64,000 bases of DNA from Squalus acanthias (Eukaryota): assembly GCA_030390025.1 (NCBI GenBank), contig CM059425.1:173602001-173666000 (forward strand), in the 5' to 3' direction. The translations under genes and the position numbers were made by a program. Of the stretch, positions 21,944 to 34,389 are shown piece after piece. Numbering within the stretch: the stretch's first letter is position 1; the number at the start of each line of letters is the position of its first letter. Below the pieces are notes generated by a model. It was not told where the DNA came from and made no database searches. It was given only the letters and a program-made list of their open reading frames with translations.

Positions 21944-23702
21944 ACCTCTGGTGTCCCCCAAGGATCTATCCTTGGCCTGTCCTAGTTCTCATCTACTTGC
22001 TGCCCCTCGGTGACATCATCCAGCAACACAATGTGAGTTTTCACATGTATGCTGATGGTACCCAGCTCTACCTCCTCTCAACCCCTCCCCCGTCTCTATG
22101 CCGTGCACTGGATGAGTAGAAATTTCCTCCAGTTAAATGTTGGGAAGACCGAAACCATTGTCTTTGGTTCGCGCCACAAACTTCGTTCCCTTTCCACTGA
22201 TTCGATCTCTCTCCCCAGCAGCTGTCTAAGGCTGACCAAGTCTGGTCGCAATCTTGGTGTCGTATTTCATCACGAATTGAGCTTCCTACCTCATATCCGT
22301 TCTATCACTAAGATCGCCCACTTCCACCTTCGTAGTATCGCCCGTCTCCGCTCTTACCTCAGCTTACCTGCTGCCGAAATCCTCATCCATGCCTTTATCA
22401 CCTCTAGACTTGACTATTCCAACACACTCCTGGCCGGCCTCCCTAGTTCTACCCTCCATAAACCTGAGGCCATTCAAAACTCTTTCCCCCCCCCCCCCCC
22501 CCCCCCATGTGCTAACTCGCACCAAGTCCCGCTCACCCATCTCCCCTGTGCTTGCTGACCTACATTGGCTCCCAGTTAAGCAATGCCTTGATTTTAAAAT
22601 TCTCATCGTTTTCAAATCTCTCCATGGCCTCGCCCCTCCTAATCTCGAATCTCCTCCAGCCCTATAATTCCCCATGACCTCTGCGCTGCGCCTATTCTGT
22701 CCTTTTCGATCATCTCCAATTTTAAATGCTCCACCATTGGCTGTCGTGCCTTCAGCTGCCTAGGTCCTAAGCTCTGGAATTCCCTCCCTAAACCTCTCCA
22801 CTTCTCTTTCCTCCTTTAAGACGCTCCTTAAAACCTACCTCTTCGACCAAGCTTTTGGCCATCTGCCCTAACATCTCCATAGGTGGCTCGTTGTCAAATT
22901 TTGTTTTTTTTTGATAACACTCCTGTGCAGCGCCTTGGGACGTTTTATTACATCAAAGGCGCTATATAAATATAAGTTGTTATTCATCCATGGTGTCTCA
23001 TTAGTGTTTAGTTTGTTCTTGTTTACATCATTGTTTGCCAATATTGTTGTCCATTTTATTTTCCCAAGTTCTATTCTCGGCCCCTCAATCAGCTTTTCTC
23101 CAATCTATTACCCTGGGCTTTGTCATGCTTATGTCTTTCTCGGTTATTATCCTAAACCATATTTTATTATGGCCATTATTGCCTAGATATTTCCGTACTT
23201 TTACTTCTCTTATCTGCTCTTGTTCATTCAGCATTACTTGATCCAATAGCGAATCCTCCCTTGTTGGGCTTCTTGCATACTGGGTTAGAAAGGAGTCCTG
23301 TACACATTGTAGGACCTCCATTCCCTTATCCCCTTTACCTACCTCTTCTGGCCAATTAATTTCGGGGTAGTTGAAATCTCCCATGATGATTATTCTGTTT
23401 TTTTACTGATTTCCCTAATTTGTTTGCATATTTCTTCCTCCACCTCCCTTCCACTATTAGGCCTGTAGACTACCCCTATTAGCGTGATTGATCCTTTTTT
23501 ATCTTTTATCTTTATCCACATGGTATCTATTTCTGTCTTACTGATGGCTGCATTACTTTTTTCTACTGCCATTATGTTATCTCTGTTATATCATTGCATA
23601 GTTCAGAAATGTTTAGGACAACAGATTAAATTAGTTCTTTTTGGTAGTCCTCATTTAAATGTAAAACCTACCACATTTATGGACTTGCTTTTAGTTTGTT
23701 GT

Positions 23703-26022
23703 AAGAACATAAGAAATAGGAGCAGGAGTAGGCCATTCGGCACCTCGAGCCTGCTCCGCCATTCAGTAAGATCATGGCTGATATGATCTTGGCCTCAACT
23801 CCACTTTCCAGCCCGCTCCCCATAACCCTTGATTCCCCTGTTTTTCAAAAACCTGTCTATCTCCATCTTGAATATATTCACTGACTCAGCCTCCACAGCT
23901 CTCTGGGGTAGAGACTTCCAAAGATTCACGACCCTCTGAGAAGAAATTCCTCCTCATCTCCGTTTTAAATGGGCGACCCCTTATTCTGAAACTATGCCCC
24001 CTAGTTCTAGATTCCCCCATGAGGGGAAACATCCTCCCTGCATCTACCCTGTCAAGCCCCCTCAGAATCTTATATGTTTCAATAAGATCACCTCTCATTC
24101 TTCTAAACTCCAATGAGTATAAGCCCAACCTGCTCAACCTTTCCTCATAAGACAACCCCTACAACTCAGGAATCAACCTAGTGAACCTTCTCTGAACTGC
24201 CTCCAATGCAAGTATATCCTTCCTTAAATAAGGAGACCAAAACTGTATGCAGTACTCCAGGTGTGGTCTCAACGCTCTGTACAGTTGTAGCAAGACTTCC
24301 CTACTTTTATACTCCATCCCCCTTGCAATAAAGGCCAATATTCCATTTGCCTTCCTAATTACTTGCTGTACCTGCATGCTAACTTTTTGTGTTTCATGTA
24401 CGAGGACACCCAGATCCCTCTGTACCACAGCATTCTGTGGTCTCTCTCCATTTAAATAATATTTGGCTTTTTTTATTCTTCCTACCAAAGTGGATAACCT
24501 CACATTTTCCCACATTATACTCCATCTGCCAAATTTTTGCCCACTCACTTAACCTATCTCTATCCCTTTGCAGACTCTTTGGGCTGGATTTCGTCTTGGG
24601 GTCGGGTTGGGGTCATGTAATCCGCATTTCGTGTTTCCCCCCCGACTCCAGATTAATGTGGATGCCTGATGGAATTTTCACTTAATTGGGCAATTGATTT
24701 GCAGCATGTGGGAACCCATGAACTAATTAGTGGTTTCAGTCTGAAACCCGCCTCTGATGATGTCATAATTGCTGACTGCCTGCTCTCAGAGATTGTCTGG
24801 CTACTGATGTGAGTGGACCTGGATATATGTGTGAGAGAGAGAGAGTTTTTTTGCATCCAAGTCCTCTTCCACCAAATGCCACGACATTCAATGCAGCAGC
24901 ATCAGAGGCAACTTTCAGACCTAATACTACTACTACCTTCATCACATCTCCGTTGTAATAGTGGACTTGCAGCCGATAGTCAGCTATCCATTTGTGCTCC
25001 CGCCAGGTTTCACTGGAGTGTTTCACACCAGGCGTGCTTCACGTCAGAAAAGGGTTAAACTAGCTACAACGTTTCAAAATAGCATTACAGACCCAATTTA
25101 GGGCTTGTTAAGGGCTTTAATGGCCTCTCCCGCCTCCAAGAGGCGGGAGAGAGTCGGGAACCCCGCGACTGATTTTGTCAAAATTGCATGGAGTCGGGAT
25201 GGGGTCGGAAACCCCGACCCCGCAAATTTAACCCCCCACACGCCTCCAAACCCGACTCCATGGGTCATTCAAAATCCAGCCCTTTGTGTACTCCTCACAA
25301 CTTGCTTTCCCACCTATCTTTGTACCGTCAGCAAATTTGGCAACAGTACATTCTGTCCCTTCATCCAAGTCATTAATATAGATTGTAAATAGTTGAGGCC
25401 CCAGCACTGATCCCTGTGGCACCCCAGTAGTTACAGTTTGCCAACCTGAAAATTACCCATTTATTCCGACTCTCTGTTTTCTGTCAGTTAGCCAATCCTC
25501 TATCCAGTCTAATATATTACCCCTAGCACTGTGAGCTCTTATCTTGTGCAGTAACCTTTTATGTGGCACCTTATCAAATGCCTTCTGGAAATGCAAATAC
25601 ACTACATCTACTGGTTCCCCTTTATCCACCCTGCTCGTTACATCCTCAAAGAACTCTAGTAAATTTGTCAAACACAATTTCCTTTTCATACAATCAAGCA
25701 GAGTCAACATGGTTTTGTTATGATTTTCTAAATGTCCTGCTATTACTTCCTTAATAATGGATTCCAGCATTTTCCGAATGACAGATGTTAGGCTAACTGG
25801 CCTATAGTTTCCTGCTTTCTGTCTCCCTCCTTTCTTGATTAGGGGAGAAACATTTACGGTTTTCCAATCCGCTGGGACCTCTCCAGAATCCAGGGAATTT
25901 TGGTAGATTACAACCAACGCATCCATTATCTCTGCAGCCACTTTCTTTTAAAACCCTAGGATGAAGGCCATCAGGTCCAGGGGACTTGTCAGCCTTTAGT
26001 CCCATTAGTTTGCCTAGTACTT
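23703..26022 (-). mobile_element. 5'-truncated CR1 LINE (RT plus tail) interrupted by a MITE
   Basis: ORFs 25453..25941, 24159..24548 and 23886..24155 carry RT motifs; aagaacataagaaatagg tail. Confidence 0.9.
24581..25282. mobile_element. PIF/Harbinger-type MITE of a second family (702 bp)
   Basis: TIRs GGGCTGGATTT / AAATCCAGCCC; subterminal GGGGTCGGG / CCCGAC motifs; 3-bp TSD TTT (24578-80, 25283-85); removing it restores the CR1 RT sequence. Confidence 0.9.
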
Positions 26023-26705
26023 GATGTGGAAGTTGATCGTTGTCGTTCGTCTTAAACTCACTAACCTTCAGCTCTCATGATAGACTGTACAACTTGTTAA
26101 ACTTAAGCACTACTGTTGATTTTTTGGTAAAGTATAGTTCCATGAGTCGGATTGCTCCCCAATACCGTGCCCAAGTAGCCATTGTTCATGTGATCCTCAA
26201 CAGTGAATGTCAGCAAGCTACTTGAGCCAAGCCTAATCCTGTCCAGACTGACATCAATAACACGTAATTCCAGCAGCAGCTGGTCTGTATGGCTCTGCTA
26301 CTGCCATAACCAGCTAAGCAGTAGGATTGTCTAAATGATATGTTTCTATTGCTGTATGACAATACTGAAAGAAAGGAAATGTAGGACTAGAGAAGTAGCA
26401 GTTTTCCATCCAATAAATCTTAAGAAATTTTCAACTGTTGCCAAAAATATTTTAATTTTAATATTTAGTGAATAAAACTTACAGCATTTTGTCAGTAAAA
26501 ACATACACAATTTGACTCCTTGCGATTCTGTAATATATATATATATATATACTAAATTTCCCCCTTGATCATCCAGGGTAATTTCTCTTTCAGTATAATT
26601 CATTCATTTAACTTGTTAATATAATACTTGAAACTTTTTTTAGTTTAGCAACAAGTGCTTGTTTTCTCTAATAATCTGACGATTGACTTTTTCCCTTCAT
26701 TTTAG

Positions 26706-26823
26706 ATTGTGCATACATATAAAGGACATAATGCGGAGGTCCACCTCCTGTTGCCCTTTGGTGATCATATGATCTCAGTGGATCGAGATAACACACTTAT
26801 CATTTGGGATGTGCAATCAGAGG
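26706..26823 (+). CDS. WDR36: WDR36 coding exon (exon 4 equivalent), IVHTYKGHNAEVHLLLPFGDHMISVDRDNTLIIWDVQSE
   Basis: ttttag|ATT...GAGG|gtgagt; 118 nt; WD40 GH...WD signature; overlaps ORF 26709..26939. Confidence 0.96.
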
Positions 26824-27074
26824 GTGAGTTTATAAGATTACGTAATGTACTTGCTGCAGTACTACTACTAGAATTCTTTAATCTCTTTAACCACTACTTC
26901 CTTTCCTACATTTTCAGGAATGTCATTTGGAAGTATTGAGATTAGCAATTTAATCTGAGCATAAGGTAACACTTGTACACCATCTATCAGTTTATGTTTT
27001 CAATGCTTTTTGTTTCTTTAATTTTGTCCCCTCATTTCTGCAATTGGTGACTCATTCTGGGTTGCCATGTCATC

Positions 27075-27390
27075 TAGCCTTCCGATACCTCATCCAAATG
27101 GCCATTCTTTGTGTGTGTCTAGAGATTTGGTACACTATTCTACTATGGGGCATTGTAGCCAAGCCTGATCTTGTTCTACATGTATATACTGGATAGTAAT
27201 TGGAAGTGGGAGAACTGGTTGAGTTTTCTCCCTGCCCCACCCATAGCCTATGAACACTGAAACCAATTATAATGTCCAATTACAATCCAGATGTGATAAT
27301 CGGATTTAGCCCAATGAATGTTTGAACCTGGGACTTCCTGATCTGTATGGTTCAGTATTATGGTGCATTTAACCCCTCAGCTACCTGGAA
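27075..27390 (-). mobile_element. Ancient tRNA-derived SINE remnant (related degraded piece at about 26140-26320)
   Basis: Minus-strand B-box-like CCCAGGTTCAAA near 27330; shares gccatt..., gccaagcct.atc.tgt and tctgtatgg.tc motifs with 26140-26320. Confidence 0.5.
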
Positions 27391-27717
27391 TTCAGTGTTT
27401 AGTGTCTGTGCATTGTAACATTTTTATCACACACTAGTAAGATGTGCATCACTGCTGGAATGCACAACACGTATAACACAATCCTAGAATATAATAAAAT
27501 ACAATAACCATGACCAGTTTCATGATGTAATAACTTCAGTTCTGGATTCAATATGGCAGGGTTGGCAAGTAAATGTAAGTACCTCTAGTTTTTATGAAGT
27601 TTTTTTTTAAAAAAAAAGTACATTTGCTGTTATAAAAATACCACTAGTTAACTGGAACTAGAATATTCCTTTAAGTTATTTGATGCTTTTGTCTAACCCT
27701 TGATTATTTATTTGCAG

Positions 27718-27850
27718 AAGAGTATCTTCAACTGAACTTTGATAAAATCGTGTTTACAGTTTCTGCCCTTTTGCACCCAAGTACCTATATCAACAAAATT
27801 CTTCTTGGAAGCCAGCAAGGGAGTCTTCAGCTGTGGAACATCAAGTCCAA
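27718..27850 (+). CDS. WDR36: WDR36 coding exon (exon 5 equivalent), (E)EYLQLNFDKIVFTVSALLHPSTYINKILLGSQQGSLQLWNIKS(N)
   Basis: tttgcag|AAG...TCCAA|gtcagt; 133 nt; HPSTYxNKILLGS motif characteristic of WDR36/Utp21. Confidence 0.97.
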
Positions 27851-28519
27851 GTCAGTTCAGCTTCTTTAATAATTTTTTATAAAATTGTTGAAGTATTAAG
27901 GTTTCCAGTTAAAGTTGCTGCTCCCATAATTATTTTTCATATTCAGTTACAGCTAAAACCCAATTAAAGCCAAAAAATAAATTTCATCCAACCCTTTTAC
28001 CTTCATTATTCCTGATGGCCAGTGAAAGTTGGATTTCAATGTCTAGAGAATCATGCTATAGCTCCAATATACTACATTTTATGTCCTGTTTTATTTAAGG
28101 TCATAGTGCTATTCTGTATTGCTTGTGCATAGGATTTGCATTTTATTGTGCTGATTTCTGTTCTTTGCTCCTGTTTCCTGTTGGTTACTGAGAAAATTGT
28201 GGCACTCTGCAACTTTAATGTACTTGATAGGTAGTTTATTATTTATAAAAGTACCACCAAATCTTACTGGGATTATGTGCTGCATTATTTACAAATAACT
28301 GACTGTTTTGTAGGAGTATACAGTTTTTATTTCAAATCGAAGGGAAACCTTGTATCTCCTTGTGCCTTTGTTAGCTTTTTGTCTCCATTTTGATGCAGTA
28401 GGACTAAAGTTAGAAGCTGAAGGTCTCCTGATTCACCTGCTTACGTGCCACGGTCAGTCTCTTTCCCCCAGAGGGATTGAAAGTTAGAAGCGAGGGGTGA
28501 TTAGTGTTGCTTGTATGCA

Positions 28520-28960
28520 ATCACCACCTCCAAGTTCCCCTCCAAGTCACACACTGTCCTGACTTGGAAGTATATCGCCGTTCCTTCATCGTCGTTGGGT
28601 CAAAATCCTGGAACTCCCTCCCTAACAGCACTGTGGGAGTACCTTCACCACACGGACTGCAGCGGTTCAAGGCGACGGCTCACCACCACCTTCTCAAGGG
28701 CAACTAGGGATGGGTAATAAATGCTGGCCTTGCCGGCGACGCCCACATCCCATGAACGAATAAAAAATAAACCTCCCCATGGTTCCCCCAAATGAACTAC
28801 CTTTGGTTCCTTCCTTTTCCTTATCTGCATTTCTAATTTGTTCTCGACGTGGATGATGATGGCACCATTTATTGCCCATCGCTATATGCCCTGCGAAGGT
28901 GGGTGGTGGGCCTTCTGCTTAAACCGCTGCAGTCCTTATGGTGATGGTGCTTCCACAGTG
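28520..28960. mobile_element. Two non-LTR retrotransposon 3' tails of one family in tail-to-tail orientation (+ 28520-28770, - 28835-28960)
   Basis: SKSWNSLPNS..GLQRFK peptide, AATAAA and A-rich end; the second piece is a diverged reverse complement. Confidence 0.65.
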
Positions 28961-29340
28961 CTCCCTTGGCGACATCATCCGCAGGCACGGTGCCAGCTTT
29001 TACGTGAACACTGATATCCAACTCTACCCCTTGACCTCTCCGCTACCTCTGTAGTTTTGGATGTGTCACAACTTCCTCCAGCTCAACGTCAGAAAGACCA
29101 AAGCTATCATCTTCAAGCTCCACTTCTTTGCCACTGACTCCATGGCCAGTCCCTCAGGCTGAACCAGACTGATTGCAGTCTTGGTGTCCTGTTTGTCCCT
29201 CAGCTGAGCTTTAAACCCAACACACGTGGCTGAAAGGATGGTGTAGAAGGGAGGGTTTCAGATTACTGGGACACTGCGACCACTTTTTGGGCCAGGGAAG
29301 ACTAAACAGATAGACTGGCCTTCACCTAAACTGGAGAGTT
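28960..29340 (+). mobile_element. Degraded L2 RT fragment followed by a small CR1 ORF1-esterase scrap
   Basis: cttggcgacatcatccgc...cagctcaacgtcagaaagaccaaagc matches the L2 at 22000-22280; acacgtggctgaaaggatggtgtagaagggagggtttcag matches CR1 ORF1 near 17020. Confidence 0.6.
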
Positions 29341-30138
29341 TTAGTGGATTTAATATAAGTAAGGGAAACAAATGATAATGGTGAAAATACTGATATTCTT
29401 TGTCAGAGATTGTATAGATCCAAGTTATTTGCTTTACTTCTATTAAAAAGTGGCATTGTGTGGATTTGTGCCACATGTGACCTATTGGTTCAATTGGAAT
29501 GAATAGAGATTGGCAGTAGGAAATTAAATTGGTTAAGGTTCAAGATGTTCTGGTTTAAAAACTTTTTCACAAATCCAGCTGTACAGTCTAATAAGTATTG
29601 TTTGGCTACACGGGTTTCACATCATGACAGAGTAAAGTTTACAGTGAATTTGATGACCAGTTCATGTTGTATAGAAAGCATGTAACAGTTTTATGAAAGG
29701 AAACTTTTTCTAATAAAAGTAAGCTGTTAGGCCAGAAGTATGTAACAATAAATGTCTTCTCTGACCAAATGAACTTTACTATGTTGACCCTTTTTTTGAA
29801 ATATATAACTTTTGTTGGACTTGACAACTAGCTACTTGGAAAATTCTGTTGTCATGGTGTGGTTTCCAGAAATGTTTGATTTACTTTCCTCCAACATGAG
29901 AAATCTTCGTGTGTAATTGTTTAGTCATATTCATAGTGAATATGTAACATAAGTGATTCATATGGGAGTTATTTTTGTTACTTATTAATATACATGATAG
30001 TAACAGCTAGTCATGTCTCCAAAGTAGCTGAGTCATTTCCTTAACTGAATAACAAAGATATGAGAATTCAGCCATTAACATTGAGTACTTTTTAACTCTC
30101 CAATATTATGACTGCTTTTTCTTTTGATCCTGTTCCAG

Positions 30139-30193
30139 CAAACTTTTATATACGTTTCAAGGTTGGGGCTCAGGAGTATCTGTGCTTCAGCAG
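30139..30193 (+). CDS. WDR36: WDR36 coding exon (exon 6 equivalent), KLLYTFQGWGSGVSVLQQ
   Basis: gttccag|CAAA...CAGCAG|gtcagt; 55 nt; phases consistent with both neighbouring exons. Confidence 0.94.
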
Positions 30194-30394
30194 GTCAGTG
30201 CAGTGTTTTGTTGTAACGTGCTACTAGTGAATTTAAATAAAATAATTTAATTATCTATTTGAAAATTTTATGGTTTCACTTTCCAGTAAAAAATAATAAT
30301 TGCATAAACAGTCCTTATCATTTAAGTGACTCATTACAATATTTTCAAAAATGCTATAAAAGAGTTGGCACTGTAAATTTCAGAATCTCTTTCC

Positions 30395-32065
30395 TAGAAT
30401 CATACAGCACAGAGAGGCCATTCACCCCATTGTGCCTGTGCCAGCTTTTTCCCACAGCCCTGCATATTTTTCCTTTTCAAGTATTTACCCGATTTCCTTT
30501 TGAAAGGTACTGTTGAATCTGCTTCCACCACCCTTTCGGGTAGTGCATTACAGATCGTAACCACTCGCTGCGTAAAAAAAAATCCTCATCTCCCTGCTGG
30601 TTCTTTTGCCAATTATCTTAAATCTGTGTCCTTTGGTTACTGTGCCCCCCTGCCAAAACCCTTCATAATATTGAGTACCTCTATTAAATCTCCCCTTAAC
30701 CTTCTCTGCTCTAAGGAGAACAATCCCAGCTTCTCCAGTCTCTCCACATAACTGAAGACCCTCATCTCTGGTATCATTCTAGTAAATCTCCTCTGCACCC
30801 TCTCCCAGGCCTTTACTTCTTTCCTTAAGTGTGGTGCCCATAATTGGACATAATACTGAGGCCTAACCAGTGATTTATAAAGGTTTAGCATAATTTCCTG
30901 TGGTGTTTTACTCTGCCACAATTTATAAAGCCAAGCATCCTATATGCTTTTTTAATTGCCGTATCAACTTGTGTTGTGATTTGTGTATGTGAAGTCCCAG
31001 GTTGCTTTGTTCCTGCGTCCCCCTTTAAAATTGTACCATTTAGTTTATGTTGCCACTCAACAACAACAACTTGTATTTATATAGCGCCTTTAACGTAGTA
31101 AAACGTCCCAAGGCGCTGCACAGGAGTATTTTAAGACACAAAATTTGACACCGATCCACATAAGGATAAATTAGGGCAGGTGACCAAAAGCTTGGTCAGA
31201 GGTAGGTTTTAAGGAGCATTTTAAAGGAGGAAAGAGAGGTAGCGAGGCGGAGAGGTTTAGGCAGGGAATTCCAGAGCTTAGGGCCGAGGCAACAGAAGGC
31301 ACGGCAACTAAAGGTTGAGCGATTATAATCAGGGATGCTCAAGAGGGCAGAATTAGAGGAGCACAGATATCTTGGGGGGGTGGGTGGGGGTGGCTGAAGG
31401 AGATTACAGAGATAGGAAGGGGCGAGGCCATGGAGGGATTTGAAAACAAGTATGAGAATTTTGAAATCGAGGCGCTGCTTAACCGGGAGCCAATGTAGGT
31501 CAACGAGCACAGGGGTGATAGGTGAACAGGACTTGGTGCGAGTTAGGACACAGGCAGCCAAGTTTTGGATGACCTCAAGCTTACGTAGGGTGGAATGTGG
31601 GAGGCCAGCCAGGAGTGTGTTGGAATAGTCTGAGGCAAGGGCGGAAACGGGCGATGTTAGAGGTGGAAGTAGGCGGTCTTTGTTATGCTGCGGATATGTG
31701 GTCGGAAGTTCATTTCAGGGTCAACTATGACACTAAGGTTACGAACAATGTGGTTCAGACGCAGACAGATGTTAGGGAAAGGGATGGAGTCAGTGGCTAA
31801 GGAATGGAGTTTGTGGCGGGGACAGAAAACAATGGCATCGGTCTTCCCAATATTTAATTGGAGAAAATTTTTGCTCATCCAGAACTGTATGTTGGACAAG
31901 CAGTCTGACAATTTAGACACCTTGGAGGGGTCGAGAGAAGAGGTAGTGAGGTAGAGCTGGGTGTCGTCAGCATACATGTGGAAACTGACACTGTGTTTTC
32001 GGATGATGTCACCAAGGGGGGGCAACTCCTCATTCTTCCTTCCAAAATTGCATCACACTTTCACT
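30395..32065 (-). mobile_element. Old CR1 3' fragment (30395-31057, 32026-32065) interrupted by an L2
   Basis: LYKSLVRP, ERVQRRFTRMIP, EQRRLRGDLIEV on the minus strand; resumes with ctcctcattcttcc after the L2. Confidence 0.8.
31058..32025 (-). mobile_element. 5'-truncated L2 LINE
   Basis: (CAA)n tail; ORFs 31657..32025 (FHMYADDTQLY) and 31196..31561 (LHWLPV, GPKLWNSLP). Confidence 0.9.
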
Positions 32066-33150
32066 CCATGCCCGCACTTTTATGGGAGTGATCATATCCA
32101 ACACTGAATTGCTGCTGGAATGATGACCTTAACTATCTTGTAGGCTGCTATGACTCTGCCAGTCCCAGTCTGAGACTGTGTTTAAAGTATGCAGAGATGG
32201 CAGATCCAAGATTTATTGTCAGAGAACCACTCACTTCTGTGTAAATACTATTTACATTTTAATATTGGGTTGAGGCAGAGTCAATTTATGATTGTCCTAA
32301 CATGAACTCTACATCTACCACACACCACTGCTTATTTCATTTATGGGGCACTAAATTCCTCCTTCCACTTCCCTGACAAAAATCAAGTGGTGTTCATATC
32401 TCAATAACCCATGATGTCAATGCAAATGCAGTGTTGTATCTTGGAGGTAATTGCATAATAGCATGAAGATGTAGGTACTATATGCTATTTAAATAGAAAG
32501 AATCTGACCCAGTTTTACAGCACTTTCATTTTTACATTATTCAAAATATTTACACCGTAGCTTTAAACTGCCAGGGTCATGATCAATGCTGCTTATTCTA
32601 ATGGAAAAGCAGTGAATTTCCCCATTCTTTTTCCCTACATTTTTCATGGTAGGTTTCTTACATATTCAACAAAGTTTATAGCTAGAGTGAGTCCAAATGA
32701 AATTGTTACTTTGAGTATACAGGAAGTTAACCAATAATTTAAATGTTTATGATTTGCATTTTATAGTAACATATATTCCTTGATTTAATGTATAATTTAA
32801 AAGAAAACCGCATTAATTTGGGAAAGTGAGCTTAAAAGAAAGGTACTTCCTGCTAAAATACTGGCACTTCATCTGTTAATGAGTTAGTACTTGCGGAATA
32901 GAATTCTATAATCAAGGCCACTGATTTGTGACTTTCAAGAGAAATGGACACAATTGTGGAATATGATCCTCAAAACACCAATTAAAAAATCTCATGTTCT
33001 AAGCGAATTTGATTTACTAAATTACTGTAAATCAGTGGTCATATTTATAATCGTATTAGAAGATTTCAAATTTTTTGGTGGTAAAGGTACAATGGTTGTT
33101 GCACAAACATTTTAATTTCCATTTTTATTGGGTTTTGTTTTATTGTTTAG

Positions 33151-33283
33151 GCCCCAGCTGTGGATGTAGTTGCTGTAGGCCTCGCATCTGGTCAGATAAT
33201 TATTCATAATCTGAAATATGATGAATTGTTGATGAAATTTCAACAAGACTGGGGACCAATCACAGCAATATCATTTCGCACAG
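33151..33283 (+). CDS. WDR36: WDR36 coding exon (exon 7 equivalent), APAVDVVAVGLASGQIIIHNLKYDELLMKFQQDWGPITAISFRT(D)
   Basis: tgtttag|GCC...CACAG|gtaatc; 133 nt; APAVDVVA and DWGPIT.ISFRTD motifs. Confidence 0.97.
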
Positions 33284-34389
33284 GTAATCTGATTACATCA
33301 GTGTCAATTATGTAAAAGGAATTTAAGATGGAAATGAAAGCTTTAGTCATATTGTGTATTAAGTTAAGACTTACGAATCTGAAATCTTTGAAATACAACT
33401 GAAGTATCACTGTTTAAATACAGGGCCTTGTCATGATTTTGGTACCACAGCAACCAATTCTACACCTTATTGATTGGTTTGATTAGTTTAATTGTATGAA
33501 GTAAAACTTTGATCATTATACAAACTGCTGTTGACTGTTTAAAAAATGTAAGCCTAATATGTTCATCTTTCAATTGTTGAGATATTGCAAAACAAAGAAT
33601 GATATAGTCATAGAGTTATACAGCACAGAAAGAGGCCCTTTGGCCCATCGTGTCCGCACTGGCCATCAAGCCCTGTCTATTTTAATCCCATTTTCCAGCA
33701 CTTGGTCCGTAGCCTTGTATGCTATGGCGTTTCAAGTGCTCATCTAAATGCTTCTTGAATGTTGTGAGGGTTCCTGCCTCTACCACCCTTTCAGGCAGTG
33801 AGTTCCAGATTCCAACCACCCTCTGGGTGAAAATGTTTTTCCTCAAATCCCCTCTAAACCTCCTGCCCCTTACCTTGAAACTATGCCCCCTGGTTATTGA
33901 CCCCTCTACTAAGGGGAAAAGTTCCTTTCTATCTACCCTATCTATGCCCCATATCATTTTGTACACCTCAAACAGGTTCCCCCTCAGCCTTCTCTGCTCT
34001 AAGGAAAACAACCCCAGCCTGTCCAGTCTCTCTTCATAGCTGAAGCGCTCCAGCCCAGGTAACATCCTGGTGAGTCTCCTCTGCACCCTCTCCAATGCAA
34101 TCACATCCTTCCTATAGTGTGGCGACCAGAACTGCACACAGTATTCCAGCTGTGGCCTAACTAGCGTTTTGTACAGCTCCATCATAACCTCCCTGCTCTT
34201 GCCTTCATTAGCCGAGGCATAGAATATAAGTATCCCATATGCCTTTTTAGCCACCTTATCTACCTGTCCTGCTGCCTTCAGGGATCTATGTACATGCACA
34301 CCAAGGTCCCTCTGATCCTCTGTCCTTCCTGGGGTCCTACCATTGATTGTGTATTCCCTTGCCTTGTTAGTCCTCCCAAAATGCATCAC

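Larger units (their letters stand above)
14538..22979 (+). mobile_element. L2-clade LINE (decayed APE-RT plus 3' tail); segments 14538-16490 and 21944-22979 flank nested CR1s
   Basis: [53 protein letters not shown]; tail ggcgctatataaat; TSD TTATTCAT. Confidence 0.88.
9488..23580 (-). mobile_element. Old CR1 LINE split into three segments (9488-9878, 13001-14537, 22980-23580) by nested insertions
   Basis: The 3' tail, RT and APE (MGDFNYPEINW) pieces are colinear on the minus strand; TSDs AAAAGA (9873-78, 13001-06) and TTATTCAT (14530-37, 22980-87) mark the breaks. Confidence 0.8.

Noticed and set aside
32120..32173. Possible C/D box snoRNA (ATGATGA...CTGA) in intron 6, plausible for a ribosome-biogenesis host gene
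   Set aside because: Only about 54 nt, no terminal stem and no recognisable rRNA antisense element; an Rfam or snoscan search would settle it.
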